The notes under the pieces: model-generated | The model's input: only the letters and a program-made list of their open reading frames with translations | The model's database searches: none | Told to the model about the DNA's origin: nothing | Translations under genes and position numbers: made by a program | Part shown: piece by piece, positions 37,297 through 47,116 of the stretch | Numbering within the stretch: the first letter of the stretch is position 1 | Layout of the letters: each line of letters begins with the position of its first letter | NCBI GenBank assembly: GCA_963713825.1 | Contig: CAVQNG010000005.1 | Location: 352,001 to 416,000, forward strand | DNA length: 64,000 bases | Source: an uncultured Acidobacteriota bacterium | GTDB taxonomy: Bacteria; Acidobacteriota; Thermoanaerobaculia; Multivoradales; JAHEKO01 | Direction: 5' to 3'

Positions 37297-39711
37297 ATGT
37301 CTGCAAGACGATCCAAACGCCGGTCTTCGAAGCGTCGGCGACGTAAAGGCAAGAGCAGCGGCCGCTGGCGCCGCCGATTCCTCGGGCTCCTGTTGCTTCT
37401 GGCCGTGGCTGGGACAGCGTGGCTGGTCTGGCCATTCTGGCAGCTCGCGGGACAGTTCGAGAATCGGGCGGTCAAGCAGCCCTCGAGGCTCTATGCACGG
37501 TCCCACCGCTTGATGGTAGGTCGCAGCGAGGACCCGGCCAACTTGATCGGCGAGCTGGAGGACCTGGGGTATCGCCGCCAGAACGGCGGGGCCCTGGATA
37601 GCGGTGAGTTCGCCTGGGATGGCAGAACCCTCGGGGTCCATCTGCGCTCCCTACCGACGCCCTATGGATGGAACAAAGGGGGCGGCCTGGAAGCCCGATT
37701 CTCTGGCAAGCATCTCGAATCCCTGATCTGGCGGGGCAACGCGGTCCAGGAGGCCGACCTCGAGCCTCCCTTGCTCTTCTCCTTCTATGGACCCGATCGC
37801 CAGGAGAGACGGCCGGTGGCGCTCGATGTTCTGCCGGATCACTTGGTTCTAGCTGTCCTGGCCGCGGAGGACGCGGGTTTCTACGAGCATCCGGGCCTCT
37901 CTCTCACGGGCATCGCACGAGCCGCGTGGGTGAACGTTCGCGGCGGTGGCATTCGACAGGGTGGCAGCACACTGACCCAGCAGCTGGTCAAGAATCTCTT
38001 CCTGACGCAAGACCGTACCCTGGCTCGCAAGGCACGGGAAGCAGCCCTGGCGTTGCTCATCGACTGGCGATTCGACAAGCGCAAGATCCTGGACGCGTAC
38101 CTGAACGAGATCTACTGGGGCGCCAGTGCTGGAATCAATCTGATGGGGGTCGGATCGGCGGCTTGGGCCTACTTCGGCAAGGAGCCAGAGCGGCTCGATC
38201 TCTGCGAGTCGGCCGTCCTGGCCGGCATGATCTCTTCTCCAGGAGGCTACTCGCCCGTCTCGCGTCCCGAGAAATCGCTCGAGCGGAGAAACTGGGTTCT
38301 GGGGCGGATGGGAGAGTTGGAGTGGCTGGCTCCCGACCGCATGAAAGAAGCACTGGAGGAACCACTGTGCGTGGCGCCGCAATCGGTCGGCACTCGGCAC
38401 GCAGCCTACTTCAGGGATCGCGCGGAGTCGGAGGTGCGGCGTCGATTCGGCGTTGGCGAACTGGCGGACAAGGGCTACCGGGTGATGTCCACCCTCGACC
38501 TCTGGGACCAGGTAGCGGCGGAGGCGATGGTCGACTGGGGCCTCCAGTCGCTGGAAGAGGGCTGGGAAAAGGACCGCAAGTCGAAGGGGGCGCTGCAGGC
38601 GGCCCTGGTGTCGCTGGACCCCCGAACAGGAGAGATCCTGGCCTACGTCGGTGGCCGTGACTATGGCTCCAGCCAGTTCGACCGGGCAGGAAGCGCCGAG
38701 CGACAGGCGGGAAGCGCTTTCAAGCCGGTCATCTATGCAACGGCGTTCGAGGATCGGGTCGCAGTGCCGTCGACCATGTTGGAAGACGCACCACTCACTG
38801 TTGCCCTGGCGGCTGGCAAGGAGTGGGCACCGCAGAATTCCAACAGCCAATATCGTGGTTGGGTGAGCGTTCGCACCGCTCTCGAAGACAGTCTCAACGT
38901 GCCGACGGCCCGCCTTGCCCTGCAGGTCGGTCTTGCGAGGATCGTCCAAATGGCCAAGGCCATGGGCATCAGCACGCGCCTGCAGCCGGTGCCGGCCTTG
39001 GCTCTGGGCGCCTTTGAAGTGACGCCCCTCGAGTTGGCGTCGGTCTACTCGGTGGTGGCTGCGGGCGGTGTCCGACGTGAGGTGCACGGGATTCGTGGGC
39101 TGCTCGATCCGGAAGGTCAGCCGGCGGAGGGGCGACCGCTGGACCCCGCGCAACGGGTGATCTCGCCGCAGGCGACCTTCCTGCTGACCTCCGTGATGCA
39201 GGGAGTCCTCGATCGTGGGACCGCTTCCAGCGTCCGAGCCCAAGGGCTGGACGCGCGCTTGGCTGGCAAGACCGGCACGACCAACGATCGCCGGGACAGC
39301 TGGTTCGGCGGGTTCTCCTCGGACCGGGTATCCCTTGTCTGGGTCGGCTATGACGACAACTCCACGACCCGCTTGTCCGGGGCTCGCGCCGCCTTGCCGA
39401 TCTGGGCGCGGTTTTCCTGGAAGGTGGCCCCGACCGGCGGCTACTCGCTCTTCCCACAACCCGAGGGCATCACGTCGGCCGTCATCGATCCGTTGAGCGG
39501 CGAGCTGGCGACCGATGACTGCCCCGAGGTGCTGACCGAGGTCTTTCTTGCAGGGACGACTCCCACCGAAGTGTGCAGCCTGCACGGCCGCTGGCGCCGC
39601 GACCCTGCCTGGCAGACCGCTTCCGAACAGCCCGTCGAAGGCAAGAAGCGCTGGCGCTGGTTGCGCAAGGTCTTCGGCAAGGACAAGACCAAGAAGACCA
39701 AGCCCGACTAG
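37297..39711 (+). CDS. mrcB: Class A penicillin-binding protein (PBP1b-like)
   Basis: AEDAGFYEHPG, GGSTLTQQLVKN, RKARE (glycosyltransferase); GSAFKP, SLN, KTG (transpeptidase); UB2H-like region after the TM. Confidence 0.88.
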   Translation: MSARRSKRRSSKRRRRKGKSSGRWRRRFLGLLLLLAVAGTAWLVWPFWQLAGQFENRAVKQPSRLYARSHRLMVGRSEDPANLIGELEDLGYRRQNGGALDSGEFAWDGRTLGVHLRSLPTPYGWNKGGGLEARFSGKHLESLIWRGNAVQEADLEPPLLFSFYGPDRQERRPVALDVLPDHLVLAVLAAEDAGFYEHPGLSLTGIARAAWVNVRGGGIRQGGSTLTQQLVKNLFLTQDRTLARKAREAALALLIDWRFDKRKILDAYLNEIYWGASAGINLMGVGSAAWAYFGKEPERLDLCESAVLAGMISSPGGYSPVSRPEKSLERRNWVLGRMGELEWLAPDRMKEALEEPLCVAPQSVGTRHAAYFRDRAESEVRRRFGVGELADKGYRVMSTLDLWDQVAAEAMVDWGLQSLEEGWEKDRKSKGALQAALVSLDPRTGEILAYVGGRDYGSSQFDRAGSAERQAGSAFKPVIYATAFEDRVAVPSTMLEDAPLTVALAAGKEWAPQNSNSQYRGWVSVRTALEDSLNVPTARLALQVGLARIVQMAKAMGISTRLQPVPALALGAFEVTPLELASVYSVVAAGGVRREVHGIRGLLDPEGQPAEGRPLDPAQRVISPQATFLLTSVMQGVLDRGTASSVRAQGLDARLAGKTGTTNDRRDSWFGGFSSDRVSLVWVGYDDNSTTRLSGARAALPIWARFSWKVAPTGGYSLFPQPEGITSAVIDPLSGELATDDCPEVLTEVFLAGTTPTEVCSLHGRWRRDPAWQTASEQPVEGKKRWRWLRKVFGKDKTKKTKPD

Positions 39712-39712
39712 A

Positions 39713-40332
39713 GGGTTGAGGCGCCCGGCTCACCGCCGGGCGTTCTTTGAGGGCTTGGGGTTGAGGCGGCTGTCGCTAGCTCCAGCCGATCCTTGGGGCT
39801 TGGGTCCTGGGTTCTGTTCAGATGACTACGATCTCGTTGAGGTCCTTCCAGTTGGTCTGTAGGCGCTGACACCTGTTCGTTGTGGAGAGGGTCCGACGTG
39901 GGGCCCCCAGGGGGCTATCCTCCCTTCCACAGCATACAACCCCCTGGAGGTCCCACGCCGAACCCTCCTCGACTGGAGAGACCTCGCACATGGCCTTGCA
40001 CCGTTCTTAGACGAGGATCCACCAAGGGGTCTCCTGAGTCTGCGGCCTGCCCGTCGCAGACTGAGTAGCCGGCGCCGTCCTCCTGCGAACCACCCGGGCG
40101 GAACTCCACAGGAAAGTGACTACCTGCCAAGTCTCCCAAGCCCCCCAAGCCCCCAAGGATCGGTCGGCGAAGTCCCCGAGCGCCTCACCCCCAAGCCCTC
40201 AAGGAACAGCCGGAAGGAACGCCCGGCCGCTTTCACCCCCCACTGCCCCAAAGATCCGCTGGCAGAGAGCCAGCGGCCTCAACCCCAAGCCCCTAAGGAT
40301 CGGCTGGGAGGTACGACCGGACGCCTCAACCC
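39713..40332. repeat. Composite intergenic inverted-repeat element, copy 1
   Basis: Begins GGGTTGAGGCG and ends CGCCTCAACCC. Contains ~46-bp units in opposite orientations at the two ends. 39713-39816 matches 45236-45339 at 94/104 by manual alignment. Confidence 0.8.
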
Positions 40333-40417
40333 CACTGCAGCGCTGTGTCGCAAAGACACAGCGCGATAAGCTAGAGGGCTTGCCGGAAGACGGCAGGACC
40401 ACGGAAAGACACTATTG

Positions 40418-43276
40418 ATGCGCCGCAAGACAGCGATCGAGGTCCAGGGGGCGAGGACCCACAACCTCAAGAGCATCGACTGCCGGATTCCACACGGCAA
40501 GGTGACCGTTGTGACGGGACCTTCCGGCGCCGGCAAATCGTCGCTGGCGTTCGACACGGTCTTTGCCGAGGGGCAGCGGCGCTTCGTGGAGTCGATGTCC
40601 ACCTACGCTCGACAGTTCCTGGATCTGATGGAACGGCCGCCGGTGGAAGAGATCCGCAACATCCTCCCGGCCGTGGCGATGGAGTCCTGCAACGCGGTGC
40701 GCAATGCCAGATCGACGGTCGGCACGATCACCGAGGTCTACGACGTATTGCGCCTCCTCTACACCCACCTCGGTGAGGTCTTCTGTCAGCACTGCGAGGA
40801 GCCGGCTCGGACATTCACGGCCGCGGAAGCGGCGGCAGAGATGGCGGAAGGTGCCGTAGGCGAGAGGTTTCTCCTCGTAGTCCGCCTACCGAGGCCGTCG
40901 GGTGAAGCGGATCTGGCGCTTCGGGAGCTGATACGACAGGGCTTCGGGCGACGTCTGGAAGGCGATGAAGTGATTCGCATGGAGTCCACTGCAAGCTGGC
41001 CCAAGTCGTTGGATCCCCTGCCGCTTGTGCTCGGCAGGTTCCAGGCCAAGGAAGAGGCCACTGCGCAGGTGGCGGCGGCTGTCGAAGAGGGCTACCGCCT
41101 CAACCGGGAGCGCGTGGAAGCTCGCGGCGAAGCCGGATTCAGGTACGTGAAGTACTACGGCCCCAGCCTGATGTGCTCCACGTGCGGCGAGCTGATTCGC
41201 AAGCCGGAGCCGGCGTTGTTCTCGTTCAATTCGCCGCTCGGGGCCTGCCCCAGCTGTCAGGGCTTCGGGCGGGTCATCGGCATCGACCGCCAGAGGGTCA
41301 TTCCGGATCCGGTTTGGACCCTGGAGGAGCGACCCATCGCGCCCTGGAATACTCCGGCCTACGAGGAGCTTTACAAAGAGCTCTTCGCTGCCTGCGCTCA
41401 GGAAGGCATTCCCCTCGATGTCTCTTGGTGCGATCTTCCCGAGGAGGCGCGTGCTTTCGTCTGGTCCGGAAAGGGAGATTTCGTCAGTCTGGAGGCCTTC
41501 TTCGCCTGGTTGGAGCGCCGCTCCTACAAGGTTCATGTGAGGGTCTTGCTGGCGCGCTACCGTGCCTATGATCCTTGTCCGGACTGTGGCGGGACCCGTC
41601 TGCAGCCCGCGGCGCTCCGGGTCCGCCTCGAAAGCCAGACCCTGCCGCAGCTGGCGCAGCGCAGCATCGAGGATTTGAGGAGCTGGCTGGCGGCTCGAGA
41701 GTGGACCGATCGCCAAAGGGAGGTGGCTGGGCACCTTCTGGAGGAGCTCGACGACAGGGTCGAGTTTCTGCATCGAGTGGGATTGGACTACCTCTCCCTG
41801 GACCGCCAGGCCCGCACCCTTTCTGGTGGTGAGGCCCAGCGTATCCATCTGTCGGCGGCTCTCGGCTCGGGCTTGACGAGCACGCTGTATGTGCTGGACG
41901 AGCCGACGGTGGGGCTTCATCCGCAGGACAGCAGTCGCCTGGTCGATCTCCTGGTCGCTCTCTCCAATCGTGGCAACACCGTTCTGGTGGTCGAGCACGA
42001 CCGGACCCTGATTCAGGGCGCCGACCATGTCATCGATCTGGGCCCGGCCGCCGGCGAGCATGGTGGGGAAGTGATCGCCGAGGGGAATCTACAGACCATC
42101 CTGGACTCCGAGGCGTCGCTGACAGGTGCCTATCTCCGCGAGCGCCCTGCAACTCCCGCCCGCCGCCATATGGCTCGCTTCCGTCGAGAGCACGGCCAGG
42201 TGTCTCTGGCCGAGGAGGTGGCCTCGAAGCCGCGTATCGAGATCCGCGGAGCGCGGGCCCACAATCTTCAGGGCGTCGACGTCGAGGTGGCTCTCGGATC
42301 GATGGTGGCCGTTACGGGTGTGTCGGGTTCAGGCAAGTCGACGCTGGTCAAGAACGTCCTCCACGACAACTATCAGCGCGGCAGGGGAGTCGTCGATGTG
42401 GACCCGGGTGAGTGTGAGGAGTTGGTCGGTCTCGACCAGGTCTCCGACGTCGTTCTGGTCGATCAGCAACCACTGGGTCGGTCGGCGCGCTCGATTCCCG
42501 TCACCTATATCAAGGCCTACGACGAGATTCGCAAAGTCTTCGCCGCGACGACGGCCAGTCGCAAGCGCGGTATCAAGGCCGGCCACTTCTCCTTCAACGT
42601 CGAGGCCGGACGGTGCCCGGTCTGCAAAGGAACCGGCGCTCAGGAAGTGGACATGCAGTTCATGGCGCCGGTGACCGTGGTTTGCGACGAGTGCCAGGGA
42701 CACCGCTTCAAACAGGAGGTGCTGGCCGTCACCTATCGGGGGCTCAACATCGCCGAGACGCTCGAGCTGTCGGTGGAAGCCGCACTGCGCCATTTTGGCG
42801 ACCGCAAACGGCTCTGCCGTCGTTTGCAGTCTCTGGCGGATGTCGGGTTGGGCTATTTGCGGTTGGGCCAGCCGACTTCGACGCTATCCGGCGGGGAGGC
42901 CCAGCGCCTCAAGTTGGCGAGCTTTCTGGACCGCCCGACTGCCGGCAAACCTCGCTTGTTCCTGTTCGACGAGCCCACCACCGGTCTCCATATGTCGGAC
43001 ATCGATCTGCTGTATCAGACGCTTCGCAAACTGGTGCGAAGAGGCGACGGCGTAGTGGTTGTAGAGCATAGTCTCGACTTGATCTCGAAGGCCGATTGGA
43101 TCATCGACCTGGGGCCGGGAGGGGGCGTGCATGGTGGCAAACTGCTGTTCTCCGGCCCTCTGGAGCCGTTCCTGGACGAAATCGAAAGCCCGACGGCTGT
43201 CGAATTGAGGGGACACTTGCAATGGCGGTCCGATCGAGACGAGAGCGAGGAGGGAGCTGACGATGCCCCCGCCTAG
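40418..43276 (+). CDS. uvrA: Excinuclease ABC subunit A (UvrA family)
   Basis: GARTHNLK, GPSGAGKSSLAFDT..AEGQRR, FSFNSPLGAC..C.G.G, LSGGEAQRI, second GVSGSGKST, LSGGEAQRLKLA. Confidence 0.92.
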   Translation: MRRKTAIEVQGARTHNLKSIDCRIPHGKVTVVTGPSGAGKSSLAFDTVFAEGQRRFVESMSTYARQFLDLMERPPVEEIRNILPAVAMESCNAVRNARSTVGTITEVYDVLRLLYTHLGEVFCQHCEEPARTFTAAEAAAEMAEGAVGERFLLVVRLPRPSGEADLALRELIRQGFGRRLEGDEVIRMESTASWPKSLDPLPLVLGRFQAKEEATAQVAAAVEEGYRLNRERVEARGEAGFRYVKYYGPSLMCSTCGELIRKPEPALFSFNSPLGACPSCQGFGRVIGIDRQRVIPDPVWTLEERPIAPWNTPAYEELYKELFAACAQEGIPLDVSWCDLPEEARAFVWSGKGDFVSLEAFFAWLERRSYKVHVRVLLARYRAYDPCPDCGGTRLQPAALRVRLESQTLPQLAQRSIEDLRSWLAAREWTDRQREVAGHLLEELDDRVEFLHRVGLDYLSLDRQARTLSGGEAQRIHLSAALGSGLTSTLYVLDEPTVGLHPQDSSRLVDLLVALSNRGNTVLVVEHDRTLIQGADHVIDLGPAAGEHGGEVIAEGNLQTILDSEASLTGAYLRERPATPARRHMARFRREHGQVSLAEEVASKPRIEIRGARAHNLQGVDVEVALGSMVAVTGVSGSGKSTLVKNVLHDNYQRGRGVVDVDPGECEELVGLDQVSDVVLVDQQPLGRSARSIPVTYIKAYDEIRKVFAATTASRKRGIKAGHFSFNVEAGRCPVCKGTGAQEVDMQFMAPVTVVCDECQGHRFKQEVLAVTYRGLNIAETLELSVEAALRHFGDRKRLCRRLQSLADVGLGYLRLGQPTSTLSGGEAQRLKLASFLDRPTAGKPRLFLFDEPTTGLHMSDIDLLYQTLRKLVRRGDGVVVVEHSLDLISKADWIIDLGPGGGVHGGKLLFSGPLEPFLDEIESPTAVELRGHLQWRSDRDESEEGADDAPA

Positions 43277-43343
43277 CTGCCGCCGGCTGGCGGCACGAGC
43301 CTTGCACGATGATCCGAACAGGTCTTAGGATGCGAGAGTAACG

Positions 43344-44303
43344 ATGCCGATTGAGCCGATCGACTACCGTCCTACCCCTACGTGGGTGCGAGTTCTTGGA
43401 GTTGCAGCGGCAGTCTTTCTGGGATTGGTGTTTCTCGTCGCCGCCTGGGGCAAGGCTCTGGATCCGGTCGCGTTCGTCGAGCAGATCCGGACCGAAGGGC
43501 TCGACTTTTTCGGCCTGGCCCAAGCGATGGCCTTCTTCGCCCTGGGGCTCGAGATCGCACTGGGCCTGGCCCTGGTGACGGGCCTGCGGCGCTGGTGGGT
43601 TCTGGTGCCGACCGCGGTGCTGGTGGCTTTCTTCCTGTTTCTGACTGGCCGAGCCTACTGGCGCTTCGAGAATGGCTTGATCGATGAGACCGAGGCCTGC
43701 GGCTGCTTTGGCAACTTGCTGAACCGGACCCCAAAAGAGGCCTTTTGGCAGGACCTGGGGCTGCTGGTGGTACCCCTGGGCCTGAGCCTGGTCGGTCGTC
43801 CCAAGGGTGGCCCCTTCCCGAAAGGGCGTCTGGCGCTGATCGCCGCCTTGACGGCGGCGGTCCTCGTCCTAGCGTGGAAGGCCCCGGATCTTCCGCTCGA
43901 CAATCTGGCCACCCGTTTGAAGCCGGGAGTCGAGGTCAGCGAGATCTGCGCGGGGAGCGACGAGAATCCCGAGCAGCTTTGTTTGGATGCCCTGGTCAGC
44001 GATCTGACCCTGGGGAGGCACTGGGTGGTCCTCTCGGACCTTCAGGAGCCGGCCTTCCTGGAGGCGATACCACGACTCAATGAAGGGAGCACCTCGCAGC
44101 CGGAGGCTGGAGTTTGGGTTCTGACGGCTGCCTCGACGGAGACAGTGAGTACTTTTCAGTGGACTCAGGCCCCGGCCTTTGTCGTCCAGGAGGTGCCGTA
44201 TGCCATGCTGAGACCGCTCTTTCGGAGGCTTCCCCGGTCCTTTCTGGTGGAGGATGGTGAAGTCATCGAAACGGTCTCCGATTTGCCTCCCGAGGCGTTT
44301 TAG
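43344..44303 (+). CDS. MauE/DoxX family redox membrane protein
   Basis: TM helices with LGLVFLVAAWGKALDP, EIALG and CGCFG motifs; degenerate thioredoxin-like C-terminus. Confidence 0.75.
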   Translation: MPIEPIDYRPTPTWVRVLGVAAAVFLGLVFLVAAWGKALDPVAFVEQIRTEGLDFFGLAQAMAFFALGLEIALGLALVTGLRRWWVLVPTAVLVAFFLFLTGRAYWRFENGLIDETEACGCFGNLLNRTPKEAFWQDLGLLVVPLGLSLVGRPKGGPFPKGRLALIAALTAAVLVLAWKAPDLPLDNLATRLKPGVEVSEICAGSDENPEQLCLDALVSDLTLGRHWVVLSDLQEPAFLEAIPRLNEGSTSQPEAGVWVLTAASTETVSTFQWTQAPAFVVQEVPYAMLRPLFRRLPRSFLVEDGEVIETVSDLPPEAF

Positions 44304-44334
44304 GGCAGGCTATGGCGCATTCTGAAACGAGGGA

Positions 44335-45216
44335 ATGAAGATGAGAAGAGTTTTCGAGTCCAGAAAGAGACTTTCAATCAGCATCTCAGAGGCTTCGCGT
44401 GAGCCTCTAGGAGCGGTGGTTTCAACGGTTCTGGTCATGGCTGTGCTGATGACTTTGGCAGCCGGCCCGATTCTGGCGGCGGGACCGCCGATCTTCGGCT
44501 TCGAGCCGGTGGGCTTTCAAGTGACGCTGAACGGCAAAGAACTGCAGGGCATCGAGGTCTACCAGGCCCAGTCGGCTGGCGCGTTCTTGATCCTCTCCGA
44601 GGAGTTGGGCGCCCCCGTCCTCCTTCGTATGCGCGACGGACAAGTGGAGACGTTGGACCTGATGAAGGTGAATCACAATGCCAACGGCACGGTGGACGTG
44701 CTGGCCGGAGCCACCCTGGCAGCTCAAGGTGGATTCCAGGTCAACGCCGATCGCACCGGAGTCATGTTCATGGTCGGAGGGCAGACCGCCGAGCTGAAGG
44801 AGAAGCCCCCCCTTCTGGGCTCCCAGCAGGCTGCTGGCCTCAAAGCCTACGATCCCCACTACGAACGGACGGCCGAAGCCTATTCGCCGTCAGACCCGAT
44901 TGTCGAGAAGTTGCGACAGCAGGACCAAGACGTCAAGGTGTCGGTTTTCTTTGGCACCTGGTGCGGCGCCTGCAAGCAGATGGTGCCACGCATCATCGCC
45001 GTGGCCGACCGCCTCGAAGGGTCGAAGATCACCTTCGACTTCTACGGCCTGCCGCCTGGCATCGCCGGTGACAAAGAGGCAGGACGGATGGGCATCGAGG
45101 CCGTGCCGACCGGTGTCGTCTTCGTCGACGGCAAGGAAGCCGGACGCATCTCCGGCAACGGCTGGCGGGTCCCCGAGCTGGCGATCAACAATCTATTAGT
45201 CAACGGGCAGAGCTGA
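44335..45216 (+). CDS. Exported thioredoxin-family protein
   Basis: Hydrophobic N-terminal segment; FGTWCGACK and VPT cis-Pro loop. True start may lie downstream. Confidence 0.8.
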   Translation: MKMRRVFESRKRLSISISEASREPLGAVVSTVLVMAVLMTLAAGPILAAGPPIFGFEPVGFQVTLNGKELQGIEVYQAQSAGAFLILSEELGAPVLLRMRDGQVETLDLMKVNHNANGTVDVLAGATLAAQGGFQVNADRTGVMFMVGGQTAELKEKPPLLGSQQAAGLKAYDPHYERTAEAYSPSDPIVEKLRQQDQDVKVSVFFGTWCGACKQMVPRIIAVADRLEGSKITFDFYGLPPGIAGDKEAGRMGIEAVPTGVVFVDGKEAGRISGNGWRVPELAINNLLVNGQS

Positions 45217-45234
45217 TCCCCACCCACCCTCCCA

Positions 45235-45745
45235 GGGGTTGAGGCGCCCGGCTCACCACCGGCCGTTCTTTGTGGGCTTGGGGTTGAGGCGGCTGTCGCT
45301 TGCTCCAGCCGGTCTCTGGGGCTTGGGCCTTGGGTCCTGAACAGACGATGATCTTCGTGTGGAGGCCCGTCCGGGTGGTCCGCAGGCGGACGGTGGCGGT
45401 TACACAGACTTTGACGGGGGACCGCCACCTCGTCTCGTCATCGCGCCCCGTCTCCTGTGCCCTATGAAGGATCCTGCGCCGCGCTCGACTCGGCGCCCCC
45501 TGTCGAACCACCCGAACGAACCTCTGGCACCGATGAACGCAGTAGGGGCTCAGGGGCGTAGGGGGTGGCGAGTCAGCCGATTCAATCTTGATGTGTGTCG
45601 AAGGTGGTAGATCGGGCCATGGGTCTCCCTCGTCGGAGGGGCATGGTCGGGTGAGGCCGCAGACGAGGGAGATCCCTGGTCCGATCGGCCGTCTCAACCC
45701 CATGCTCCAGGACGGATGAGTGGGCAGGGACGGCCACCGCAACCC
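45235..45745. repeat. Composite intergenic inverted-repeat element, copy 2
   Basis: Starts GGGGTTGAGGCG; inverted degenerate units CGTCTCAACCCC (45690-45701) and CACCGCAACCC near the end; shares two segments with copy 1. Confidence 0.75.
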
Positions 45746-47032
45746 TCAAGGCGAGCCGAGGGGGCGCCCGGTCAGTGCCTCGAAGGGGTGGATGCCGCCG
45801 TTGTGCCAGGTGGCGTCGGCGGCTTGGAGGTCGCCTGGGGTGGCGCATCGACTGATGCCGAGGGACTCGAGCGCGGGTCGCAGACGCCAGGCGGCGTCAC
45901 CGGCGAGCGCCGCACCCTGCAGGCGGCCGGCCCACGGCGCCAGAATTTCGGGCAGCTCTCCCAGGTTCTCGATCGGGTGGATTCTGATGGTTCTCATACC
46001 TGGTGATGGCTGAAACTCCATTTGAGGCTCGACCACGACGCTGCCAACCTCGATGGGCAGAGCCGCCGTGTGCAGGCCCCGCAGAGCAGCCTCCATACGA
46101 ATCTGCTGGACCCCGGCTGCGACCACGGGATCGGGTGGCCCAGGGGGCATCTCTCTGGCAGCGGTTGCCAGTTTGTCAGCAAGAGCTTGTGCCAGGCCGA
46201 CGGCGTCAGCAGCCGTGTAGATGGCTTGGATCGAGAGACACCCCCGCTGGTCGAACAAGACGATGTCTCGGGCCAGACCTTGGGCAACAGAGCTCGCTCC
46301 GACGTCGGAGCCGAGCACGGCAAGACTGGTCTTCGGACCGTAGGCGTAGACCTTGTCGGGGGCGCGCCGTTCGAGTGACTCGATGGCTGCGGTCTCTCCA
46401 TAGACGAGGAGCCGGCCTGCGGCCTCGAGCACAGGGGCTTCTAGAGCCGGGTCTCCACCTGGCCAGGTGATGGCGCCGATCGCCTCGCCCAGCAGCGACT
46501 TCCTTTGCGTCAAGGCTCGGACGAAGGCCGGCGTGAAGAGTGGCTCGGAGCTGGGCGACTTGAGGAGCATAGGCCTGCGCAGCAGGAGGGCCGGAAGTAG
46601 AGACTGAACCGCGAGGCCTGGGAGGTTCGAGGACAGGATCGCCACGAGGGGTGACGGGCCCCGTTCTGCTGTCCTGGCCTGTGCGACCAGCTCGAGGACG
46701 GCTGGTCCTCTAACGCCCCCGAGGACGACTTCCAATGCTGCTTGTAACCCAGCCGGTGACAGGCCAGAAAGTCTGGTCATGGCCGGGTCCAGCGCTCGGC
46801 GCTCGTCAGACTCGGGGTCGAGAAAGACAGCCACCGTCTCCTCCCAGGCGGCAATGATCTCGACATCCTGTAGCTCGTTCAAGGCTTCGACGCCGAGCGT
46901 TGACAGATGCCCCATCAGTCGTTCGAGCTCGGCTGGGCTCCAACGAGCCGAAGTGAAGCCGATCCCCTGCGCCTCGATCGCCGTCACCGACGATGGGCTG
47001 ATGGAGGGAGGCACAGCAGCGTCATGAATCAT
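45746..47032 (-). CDS. LuxC-like acyl-CoA/acyl-protein reductase
   Basis: SSNLP, LLKSPSSEP, YGPKTS, DIVLFDQRGCLS (catalytic Cys context of LuxC). Confidence 0.78.
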   Translation of the reverse strand: MIHDAAVPPSISPSSVTAIEAQGIGFTSARWSPAELERLMGHLSTLGVEALNELQDVEIIAAWEETVAVFLDPESDERRALDPAMTRLSGLSPAGLQAALEVVLGGVRGPAVLELVAQARTAERGPSPLVAILSSNLPGLAVQSLLPALLLRRPMLLKSPSSEPLFTPAFVRALTQRKSLLGEAIGAITWPGGDPALEAPVLEAAGRLLVYGETAAIESLERRAPDKVYAYGPKTSLAVLGSDVGASSVAQGLARDIVLFDQRGCLSIQAIYTAADAVGLAQALADKLATAAREMPPGPPDPVVAAGVQQIRMEAALRGLHTAALPIEVGSVVVEPQMEFQPSPGMRTIRIHPIENLGELPEILAPWAGRLQGAALAGDAAWRLRPALESLGISRCATPGDLQAADATWHNGGIHPFEALTGRPLGSP

Positions 47033-47060
47033 GGTTCGTCCCAGTCCCTCAAACTCGAAC

Positions 47061-47100
47061 AGGTCCCTAAGCCCCTAGGCCCCTAAGCCCTCGAGCCCCT
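47061..47100. repeat. Degenerate 8-bp tandem repeat (5 units, ARGCCCCT-like)
   Basis: aggtccct aagcccct aggcccct aagccctc gagcccct. Confidence 0.7.
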
Positions 47101-47116
47101 TGCCCCAGCAAGGGTC

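Noticed and set aside
40141-40335. Repeat-spacer-like array as a CRISPR
   Set aside because: The repeats are degenerate, the spacers are only ~20 nt and recur at other loci (GGAGGTACGACCGG, AAGGAACG), the units occur in both orientations, and no cas genes are present.
39880-40418. Short ORFs inside the intergenic elements (also 45200-45742, 51598-51943)
   Set aside because: Pro/Gly/Arg-rich translations of repeats with no RBS or protein motifs; treated as non-coding.
45492-45525. GGTTCGA-like T-loop on the minus strand suggesting a tRNA
   Set aside because: No cloverleaf or acceptor stem could be built; it is part of the inner inverted repeat.
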